Of a stretch of DNA of 64,000 nucleotides, positions 56,574-64,000 are shown in pieces. The notes below the pieces were generated by a model. That model was given only the letters and a program-made list of their open reading frames with translations. It searched no databases and had not been told where the DNA came from. A program made the position numbers and the translations under genes. Origin of the DNA: a virus; IMG/VR virus record IMGVR_UViG_3300017917_004222, positions 32,001-96,000 of that record; one strand, given 5' to 3'. Each line of letters opens with the position of its first letter. The stretch's first letter is position 1.

Positions 56574-58883
56574 ATGGCTCTAAGTTTTCCAATTTCCCCA
56601 ACCCCAGGTCAAACCTATACCTACAGTGGTAGAACCTGGGTATGGACCGGGTCAGCCTGGAAGGTCAACGACACCGGCGCCATCAACGGCATCATAATTG
56701 GCAACACAACTCCAGCAGCTGGCTCGTTTACCACGCTCACAGCCAACGGAGAAGTCAATCTTGGCAACGTGGGCAACATTACCATACTGGGCGGCACCAG
56801 CGGCCAAGTGCTCAGTACAGACGGAGCAGGAAACTTGAGTTGGGCCGACGGCGGCGGAGGCAGCAACGTCACTTCTATTGTGGTGGACAATTTTACCGGC
56901 AATGGAGTGGCCAACAGCTTTGTGCTCACTACCACCCCCATCAGTGAAGACTGGGTCTCTGTGAACTACAATGGTGTGATGCAACAAACTGATGCATACA
57001 GCGTGAGTGGTAACACCATAACATTTGTTACCACCCCGGCCAACACCGCTGCTATTGAAATTCGCACAGTGACATTTGGGGGCACTGTGGCCCTGGCCAA
57101 CACAGCCGAAACCGTGACTGGCAACGCACAGGCCAACATCACCAGTGTGGGTACATTAACCAGTTTGACAGTGTCGGGCAATGTCACGGTGTCAGGTACC
57201 GGAAGTCGTATTGTTGGCGACTTCACATCCGCGGCCAACAACCGTCTTGCGTTTCAAACCAGCACAGCCAACTCACTTTCAATTGTGGCTGCATTGCCGT
57301 CTGGTACGGGTACCACATCAATTTTGCGGGCCTACTGCGGCTCAACCCCGTCTACAGCATCTTTCCTTGACATACGTGCCACATCCACTGCCACACAACT
57401 GTGGTCTGGCCGCGAAATCTCGTCCACATTTGGCTTCTTGCCACTGACTTTTCACACCAACAATGCGGAGCAGATGCGATTGGACACATCGGGTAACCTG
57501 GGTGTTGGTACCAATGCACCGTCGCAGCGTCTAGATGTAAATGGTAATGTTGCAATCACTGGCTCGGCGCGCCGGATCATTGGCGACTTTAGTGACGCTA
57601 CATTCTCAAATCGGCTTTTGTTTCAGACCAGTGTTGCAAACACAAACACAATAGTAGGAGCTGTACCGAGTGGAACCGGACAAATTGCCGGGTTCCGTGT
57701 GTTCAACAGCTCTGATTCGGTCAACGCATCTTTTGCCACACTGGCTTGCAATGCCACAGTGGCCTACATTGATTCATCTCTTTCGGGTACTGGGTCATAC
57801 TTGCCTTTAGCGTTCTTCACAGGTGGCAGCGAGCGCATGCGTATTGACACTGGTGGTAACTTGATTATTGGCGGCAGTTTTAGCAGCGATGCCGGCGCAG
57901 TCACACTAACAGGGGACGGAACTGTTCGGGCAATCCTTGCCAATGCAGCTGGCGGACAATCAATTATTGGTGCAGTTGGCGGGGTTTCAAACGGGTTTGA
58001 GGTATCAGTTGCTGCAACCAACGCAACAACATATAGGTGGAACAACCCTGCGGGCACAGTAATGACACTGGACGCCGCTGGCAACCTCGGCCTTGGAACG
58101 GTTCCGAGTGCGTGGTCTGCGCCCGCGCGGGCGATCCATCTCGGTAATTTTGGGGCAGTCTACCAGAACGCATCAGGCTATCCAGAACTGGCGTTCAACA
58201 CCTTCCAGAACACATCCAACGTCTACACCTACCGAAATACGGACGTAGCTACGCGTTACAGCCAAACCAACGGTCAACACCAATGGTTTACCGCCCCCTC
58301 CGGCACCGCGGGAAGCCCAATCACATTCACACAGGCGATGACGCTGTCTGCCGCTGGAGACCTGTTGGTGGGAACAACAGATACTGGTCTTACCACAGGC
58401 AACGGCTTTAAACTCTTAACCAGCGCAACTGGTCGAAACTTGGTCATAAATGCCCCAGCAAGCACAAACGCCAACGAAGGTTTTATGATGTACTCCACTG
58501 GCGCAGGTGCATATCGATTCTATGTACAATGGAACGGGCAAATTAATGCAACCAACACCAGTATTACAGCCATTTCAGATGTATCGCTTAAAGAGAACAT
58601 CCGCGATCTCGAAACTGGACTTGATGAAATCATGGCCTTGCGCCCTCGCCGGTTTGATTGGAAAGAAGAAACACACCTCGGTGAAAAAAATGTTGCTGGC
58701 TTCGTTGCTCAAGAGCTTGAGCAAGTCTTGCCAGATCTGGTGTACGAATACAAGTACAATGAAACTGGAACAAAAAAGTCAATCAAGATGGGCGACATTT
58801 TGCCTACGCTAGTAAAAGCGGTACAAGAACAACAGGCCATCATCCAACAATTACAAGCCCGTCTCGACGCCGCCAATCTTTAA
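56574..58883 (+). CDS. Tail fibre with C-terminal intramolecular chaperone (peptidase S74)
   Basis: 'MALSFP.SP..GQTY', 'ERMRID..GN' repeats, 'SDVSLKENI...GF.AQELE.VLP.LV' plus terminal coiled coil. Confidence 0.85.
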   Translation: MALSFPISPTPGQTYTYSGRTWVWTGSAWKVNDTGAINGIIIGNTTPAAGSFTTLTANGEVNLGNVGNITILGGTSGQVLSTDGAGNLSWADGGGGSNVTSIVVDNFTGNGVANSFVLTTTPISEDWVSVNYNGVMQQTDAYSVSGNTITFVTTPANTAAIEIRTVTFGGTVALANTAETVTGNAQANITSVGTLTSLTVSGNVTVSGTGSRIVGDFTSAANNRLAFQTSTANSLSIVAALPSGTGTTSILRAYCGSTPSTASFLDIRATSTATQLWSGREISSTFGFLPLTFHTNNAEQMRLDTSGNLGVGTNAPSQRLDVNGNVAITGSARRIIGDFSDATFSNRLLFQTSVANTNTIVGAVPSGTGQIAGFRVFNSSDSVNASFATLACNATVAYIDSSLSGTGSYLPLAFFTGGSERMRIDTGGNLIIGGSFSSDAGAVTLTGDGTVRAILANAAGGQSIIGAVGGVSNGFEVSVAATNATTYRWNNPAGTVMTLDAAGNLGLGTVPSAWSAPARAIHLGNFGAVYQNASGYPELAFNTFQNTSNVYTYRNTDVATRYSQTNGQHQWFTAPSGTAGSPITFTQAMTLSAAGDLLVGTTDTGLTTGNGFKLLTSATGRNLVINAPASTNANEGFMMYSTGAGAYRFYVQWNGQINATNTSITAISDVSLKENIRDLETGLDEIMALRPRRFDWKEETHLGEKNVAGFVAQELEQVLPDLVYEYKYNETGTKKSIKMGDILPTLVKAVQEQQAIIQQLQARLDAANL

Positions 58884-58898
58884 TTAAGGAACTCAGCA

Positions 58899-59243
58899 AT
58901 GGCAACATTCAAATGGATTATTTCTGCGCTGGATTGCGTGCCCTCACTTGACGGTCGCACCAACGTGGTACGCACAGTACACTGGCGCTGCACAGGGCAC
59001 GGCACTGTGGCGGATCGCGAATATATTGGCACAGTGTACAGCACTTGCACTCTTCCTGATCCCGCTGGTTCGGGCGATTTTGTTGCGTATGCAGACCTAA
59101 CGCAAGAACAGGTGTTGGCGTGGATTTGGGATAACGGAGTTGATCATGTGGCTACAGAAGCTTTGGTACAGCAACAACTGGATCTGCAAATCAATCCGCC
59201 TGTTGTACAACCACCGTTGCCATGGAATTCTACTGCCGACTAA
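58899..59243 (+). CDS. Fibre-associated small protein
   Basis: 'VV..VHWRC.G...F..Y.DLT.EQVL.W...LPW'; AAGGA SD. Confidence 0.65.
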   Translation: MATFKWIISALDCVPSLDGRTNVVRTVHWRCTGHGTVADREYIGTVYSTCTLPDPAGSGDFVAYADLTQEQVLAWIWDNGVDHVATEALVQQQLDLQINPPVVQPPLPWNSTAD

Positions 59244-59279
59244 AAAGCGGTGTAAATATTCCCGTCAACGGAGACACAC

Positions 59280-59441
59280 ATGAACACTGAATCCACAATC
59301 TCAATCCAACTCACAGTGAACGAAGTCAATTTTGTTCTGCAAGTGCTAGGCGAGCTACCTACCAAATCTGGCGCCTGGCCTCTAGTTACCAAAATTCAAG
59401 GTCAAGCACAGAGCCAGGTAGAATCCCCTGCAGCAGAATAA
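59280..59441 (+). CDS. Small protein (53 aa, MNTESTISIQLTVNEVN...AAE) missing from the ORF track
   Basis: TAAATA at 59253-59258, GGAG SD and an open frame translated by hand. Confidence 0.65.
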   Translation: MNTESTISIQLTVNEVNFVLQVLGELPTKSGAWPLVTKIQGQAQSQVESPAAE

Positions 59442-59497
59442 GTCTGGCAACCCAGCAGGGTCGAGATCAGCATAAATACACCAAACAGTGAATATCT

Positions 59498-59932
59498 ATG
59501 TCTATCACCCTAGTTCAACCATTCAACATCGACACCAGCAAGACGTTTGAGTTTGCCAATGTATCAGTAACAGGCAACACAGTGATTGGTTCACAATCTG
59601 CTAATGCTAAACTAGACGTCAGTGGCAGCATTGCAGTCAACGTGGTAGCGGTGCCTGCGCTAGACATTGATTGTTCGCAAGGCACATTTTTCACAAAAAC
59701 CATCAGCAGTGCGTCGGAATTCACATTCAGTAATCCGCCAGCTGATCGCGCATATGGGTTTGTGCTTGAACTCACACTTACTAGTGGCACAGTGACTTGG
59801 CCAGCGTCGGTTCGTTGGCCTGGCGGCACCGCCCCCACACTCTCAACTGGCAAAGTTCAGATTTTGATTTTCATTACTGACAACGGCGGCACCACCTGGT
59901 ATGGTGCATCTAGCATCAATTACAACACGTAA
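59498..59932 (+). CDS. Short fibre adapter-domain protein
   Basis: Similar to the C-terminus of 1903-3831 ('ID...G.FF.KTI...WP....P.L......F.TD.GGTTW.G'); TAAATA at 59473-59478. Confidence 0.7.
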   Translation: MSITLVQPFNIDTSKTFEFANVSVTGNTVIGSQSANAKLDVSGSIAVNVVAVPALDIDCSQGTFFTKTISSASEFTFSNPPADRAYGFVLELTLTSGTVTWPASVRWPGGTAPTLSTGKVQILIFITDNGGTTWYGASSINYNT

Positions 59933-59942
59933 AGGCAGGTGA

Positions 59943-62900
59943 ATGCTTACTATTCCAAGTCAATTGCTTTTGGGTGCAGGAGCATCTGAACCCGCACCGA
60001 CCCCGGGGCAAAACTGGATACCCCGAATGCCCGGGGTATCGGCTTTCAACGTCAAGTCTACATATTCGCCCGAGCTGGGTATTTTTGTTGTTGTAGGCGC
60101 CAACGGAACAGTACTGACATCCCCGGATAATTTGGCCTGGACCAGGCAAATATCCGGAACCTCATTTCAATTGAACGATGTGGTCTGGTCAGGCACTCAG
60201 TTTGTAGCAGTGGGCAACACAGGTACAATCATCACCAGTCCCGATGGCGTTACATGGACCGCCAGAACTTCGGGTACCACTGTTACGTTGAACGGGGTGT
60301 CTTGGTCGGGTACTCAGTTTGTGATAGCAGAAGCCTTTAGCGCACGTTTTATCACATCAACTGACGGCATCACATGGCAACGAGTGCAGTTTTCACAGCC
60401 CTATGCTGGCATGGTATATGTGTCATCATCTAACCTGTTTGTGTCAGTAGGTACTTTCGGGGTAATTCAAACCTCGCCTGATGGCGACACTTGGACTATA
60501 CGCACCAGTCCAACTTCGCAGACGCTTAACTCAGTTGCATGGAATGGAAGCATTCTAGTAGCAGTGGGCAACTCGGGCACAATCGTCACCAGTCCCGATG
60601 GTGTCACTTGGACGGCTAGAACCTCAAATACCAACGTCACATTGTCGTCGGTCACATGGTCAAGCTCCAACAATCAGTTTGTGGTTGTGGGCAACAGTGG
60701 TACAGTGTTAACGTCACCCGACGGAGTATCTTGGACATCACAGTTGCTTGGCCAATCTATATTGGATGTGACCTACGCACCAACATTGAATACGTTTTTG
60801 GCAGTGGGCACAATTGGGCTAATTGCAACCAGCACCGACGGCGCCACCTGGACGCCGCAACAACCGGCCACACTCAACCAATTGAACGGGGTCACCTGGA
60901 GTGGCAGCCAGTTTGTGGCTGTAGGCAACTCGGGCACAATTTTGACCAGTCCCGATGGCACCACGTGGACTTTGAGGACCTCGGGCACAACTGCCATCTT
61001 GACTTCGGTAGTTTGGGGCAACAACATATTTGTCGCAACTGCGTTTGGTCAGGTGTTTACTTCTCCAGACGGCATCACTTGGACCCCACGAACAGTAAGC
61101 AGTGGTAATCAATTCACCAACATCACTTGGTCTGGGACTCAGTTTGTGGCTGTGGGCAACACTGGCATCGTGGCCACCTCGCCTGACGGAGTCACATGGA
61201 AAGTAGTAGGCCATAGCAATACGCTTTTGGGCAATATAGCATATTCATCCTCGCTGGGTGTGTTTGTGTCAGTGGGTGCAAACGGCACAATATTACGATC
61301 AACCGATGGCAATTTCTGGGAAAGACAGGTATCGGGCACTGCCAACCAATTGAACTCAGTCATATGGAACGGTACAAATTTTGTAGCGGTGGGAAACACC
61401 AGCACGGTGCTGATCTCGCCTGACGGTATAACATGGACCCTTAGGGGTGCCGCCGCACAGGATGTTCTGTGGATTGCACAATCGCCCAGTTTAATGGTTG
61501 CTGTGGGAACAACTGGCATGATTTCGACCAGCACCGACGGGCAGGCTTGGACTGGAAGAGTAACGGGCACTACCAACCGAATGACCTCGGTGGCCTGGAG
61601 TGGCAGCCAGTTTGCGGCAGTAGGAGCCGGGGGTACAGTTCGCACCAGTCCTGATGGCATCACGTGGACCGCACAAACTTCGGGAACCACTAGTCAATTT
61701 CAGGGCGTGGTGTCATCTGGAAGTCAGTTTGTGGCCGTGGGAGCCGGGGGTATGATTTCCACCAGTCCCGATGGCGTCACATGGACTGTACGAACTTCGG
61801 GAACTGCTAACCAATTGAACAGTGTGACCTGGTCAGGAACTCAGTTTGCGGCAGTGGGTGCCACAGGCACAATTGTTACCAGTCCAGATGGCATCACGTG
61901 GACCACCAGAACTTCGGGCACCACTGTTTCGTTAAACGGGGTATCTTGGATCGGCAGCCAGTTTGTGGCAGTGGGTGCCACAGGCACAATCCTTACCAGT
62001 ACCGATGGTGTGACCTGGACACTAAAATACCAAGGCATTACCAACAACCTTTTGGGAATCACTTGGGACGGTGCTCAGTTTGTAGCGGTGGGAGCCACCG
62101 GTATTATTCGTACCAGCCCCGACGGTGTCACCTGGACCACCCAGTCGTCGGGGGTTAGTACTCAGTTAAGTGGTATAGCTTGGACTGGAACCACTCTTGT
62201 GGCTGTGGGGGCCCCGGGTGTGATTCGCACCAGTCCCGATGGCATCACCTGGAGTGGGCGAGCCAGCGCCACAACCACAACATTGAACCGAGTCGTTTGG
62301 TCGCCACAGCAGTTTCTTCTTGTGGCTGTGGGCGCCCTGGCAGTTACCACAAGGTCGCCCACATCTAACGGAGACGGATGGATTGCCCAACCCACTGGTA
62401 CCTCTAGCAACTTGGTGGGAGTGACATGGTCAGGCACTCAGTTTGTGGCTGTGGGCGCGTCAGGTACAGTTAGCACCAGTACTGATGGTGCCGCGTGGAT
62501 TTTGAGAACGTCGGGTACTACTAGCCAATTGAACAGTGTGGTCTGGTCAGGCACTCAGTTTGTAGCAGTGGGCAACACAGGTACGATTGTTACCAGTACT
62601 GATGGTGCCGCGTGGATTTTGAGAACGTCGGGTACTACTAGCCAATTGAACAGTGTGGTCTGGACTGGCACCCGGTTTGTGGCAGTGGGCGTCAGCGGTG
62701 TCATACGTGCTAGTGACGATGGCAGTACCTGGACTGGTCCTTTTTACTCGCAAAACTTAACATACACCCCGGTGTATGCAAGTTCTCTAGGTTTGTATGT
62801 TGCAACTGGAGCCGGTGGAACAATAATCACATCTCCGGACGCAACGTCTTGGACCACACGTACAGTTGCCACCACGCTTGAACTATACATGACTGCATGG

Positions 62901-64000
62901 TCAGGTACCACACTAGTGGTGGTGGGGCAAAGCGGTGTAATTTTTACATCAACTGATGGCATCACATGGACCAGCCGCACTTCGGGCACCACCAACAACT
63001 TGTTGGCAGTGACTTGGAGTGGAACACAGTTTGTGGCGGTGGGTGTGTCGGGCACAATTCGTACTAGTCCAGACGGCACCACCTGGACCACTAGAACCTC
63101 GGGTACCACTACAACATTTCAGTCAGTAACATGGTCAGGCAGTTTATTTGTGGCCGTAGGCAACTCGGGAATGATTCGTACCAGTCCCGATGGCATCACT
63201 TGGACAGTTCGCACGTCGGGGACCTCTAACACTTTGACATCAGTGGTGTGGACTGGCAGCCAGTTTGTGGCAGTTGGCGCTTCGGGCACGGCTCTCACCA
63301 GCACTAACGGCATCTCTTGGACCATTAGATCCACAGGAACCACCAACCAATTGAACGGTGTGGCTTGGAGTGGAAGTCAGCTGGTGGCAGTGGGATCACT
63401 GTCTACAATAATAACATCCACCGATGGCATCACATGGCAACGTGTAAATCTCGGTAGTGAAGCGTCTGGTACTGGTGTGGCATGGGTCAACAGTCAATTC
63501 TTAACTGTGGGGCCCAGCGGGTTCGTTGCCACATCAGCCAACGGGTCTAGTTGGACAGTGAGGTCCTACAATCCCAGCCTCAGTACGCTGAACACAGTTG
63601 TGTGGTCAGGATCGAAGTTGGTAATTGGAAGCGTAAACGGGCGGGTATCAAACAGCAGTAATGGAATCAACTGGCAAACCACGTTCTTGGGTTATCCAAC
63701 TGACACTAGAGACATAGCGTTTGGTAACGGTCTTTATGTTGCTGTTAATGTTGGATCTGTTTTCACAAGCACTGATGGTGTAAATTGGACATTTGTGCCT
63801 ATTTTTGGGACCTCATCCACCAACCTAAATGCAGTGGTCTGGAGTGGCACTCAGTTTGTGGTTGTGGGTTCCACAGGCACAATTGTCACCAGTACCGATG
63901 GTGCCACCTGGACCATTAGAACCTCGGGCACTGTGCAGAATCTCAGCGGGGTGGTATGGAGTGGTACTCAATTTGTGGCCGTGGGGGTTAGCACTATTCT
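59943..64000 (+). CDS. Very large beta-propeller repeat protein (>1,350 aa, truncated by the window edge; absent from the ORF track)
   Basis: Starts MLTIPSQLLLGAG; 39-aa 'WSGTQFVAVG..GTI.TSPDG.TWT.RTSGT' repeats; same frame at the window end (not every codon was checked). Confidence 0.8.
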   Translation, partial: MLTIPSQLLLGAGASEPAPTPGQNWIPRMPGVSAFNVKSTYSPELGIFVVVGANGTVLTSPDNLAWTRQISGTSFQLNDVVWSGTQFVAVGNTGTIITSPDGVTWTARTSGTTVTLNGVSWSGTQFVIAEAFSARFITSTDGITWQRVQFSQPYAGMVYVSSSNLFVSVGTFGVIQTSPDGDTWTIRTSPTSQTLNSVAWNGSILVAVGNSGTIVTSPDGVTWTARTSNTNVTLSSVTWSSSNNQFVVVGNSGTVLTSPDGVSWTSQLLGQSILDVTYAPTLNTFLAVGTIGLIATSTDGATWTPQQPATLNQLNGVTWSGSQFVAVGNSGTILTSPDGTTWTLRTSGTTAILTSVVWGNNIFVATAFGQVFTSPDGITWTPRTVSSGNQFTNITWSGTQFVAVGNTGIVATSPDGVTWKVVGHSNTLLGNIAYSSSLGVFVSVGANGTILRSTDGNFWERQVSGTANQLNSVIWNGTNFVAVGNTSTVLISPDGITWTLRGAAAQDVLWIAQSPSLMVAVGTTGMISTSTDGQAWTGRVTGTTNRMTSVAWSGSQFAAVGAGGTVRTSPDGITWTAQTSGTTSQFQGVVSSGSQFVAVGAGGMISTSPDGVTWTVRTSGTANQLNSVTWSGTQFAAVGATGTIVTSPDGITWTTRTSGTTVSLNGVSWIGSQFVAVGATGTILTSTDGVTWTLKYQGITNNLLGITWDGAQFVAVGATGIIRTSPDGVTWTTQSSGVSTQLSGIAWTGTTLVAVGAPGVIRTSPDGITWSGRASATTTTLNRVVWSPQQFLLVAVGALAVTTRSPTSNGDGWIAQPTGTSSNLVGVTWSGTQFVAVGASGTVSTSTDGAAWILRTSGTTSQLNSVVWSGTQFVAVGNTGTIVTSTDGAAWILRTSGTTSQLNSVVWTGTRFVAVGVSGVIRASDDGSTWTGPFYSQNLTYTPVYASSLGLYVATGAGGTIITSPDATSWTTRTVATTLELYMTAWSGTTLVVVGQSGVIFTSTDGITWTSRTSGTTNNLLAVTWSGTQFVAVGVSGTIRTSPDGTTWTTRTSGTTTTFQSVTWSGSLFVAVGNSGMIRTSPDGITWTVRTSGTSNTLTSVVWTGSQFVAVGASGTALTSTNGISWTIRSTGTTNQLNGVAWSGSQLVAVGSLSTIITSTDGITWQRVNLGSEASGTGVAWVNSQFLTVGPSGFVATSANGSSWTVRSYNPSLSTLNTVVWSGSKLVIGSVNGRVSNSSNGINWQTTFLGYPTDTRDIAFGNGLYVAVNVGSVFTSTDGVNWTFVPIFGTSSTNLNAVVWSGTQFVVVGSTGTIVTSTDGATWTIRTSGTVQNLSGVVWSGTQFVAVGVSTI
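62475..62663 (+). repeat. Exact 72-bp direct repeat with a 117-bp period
   Basis: 62475-62546 is identical to 62592-62663. Confidence 0.85.

Noticed and set aside
59943-64000. Regular ~117-bp repeats as a CRISPR array or DGR template/variable pair
   Set aside because: The repeats are in-frame protein blades with codon-level variation; there are no unique spacers, no adenine-specific differences noticed, and no cas or RT gene in the window
1-64000. Alternative genetic code
   Set aside because: All core genes are full length under the standard code

Overview
This 64-kb window comes from a large T4-like myovirus genome; the capsid and baseplate genes resemble those of jumbo or freshwater uncultured T4-superfamily phages. 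Positions 206-30368 (minus strand) hold a baseplate/tail operon: tail-tube-initiator-like, gp53-, hub-, gp5-, gp25- and gp6-like genes, a giant 4,841-aa wedge/adhesin, a fibre and a beta-propeller tip protein. Positions 30478-36117 (plus) hold late sigma gp55, gp47, an inserted HNH endonuclease, gp46, a short GIY-YIG nuclease and a DUF3820-like protein. A ~540-nt hairpin-dense non-coding region follows (candidate large ncRNA), then a gp26-like chaperone with an apparent -1 frameshift extension and a tape measure protein. The head module (portal, protease, scaffold, major capsid) is followed by a Seg-like homing endonuclease, a candidate promoter-to-terminator sRNA and a fibre/adhesin cluster that ends in a >1,350-aa propeller-repeat ORF running off the right edge. 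Gene identities come from recalled motifs and T4-like synteny; no database searches were run. I saw no tRNA, rRNA, CRISPR array, integrase or reverse transcriptase. The most interesting signals are the GIY-YIG/DUF3820/structured-RNA cassette, the G/GT-type frameshift, the sRNA, leaderless starts positioned by promoters, promoter-in-loop hairpins and two homing-endonuclease scars.
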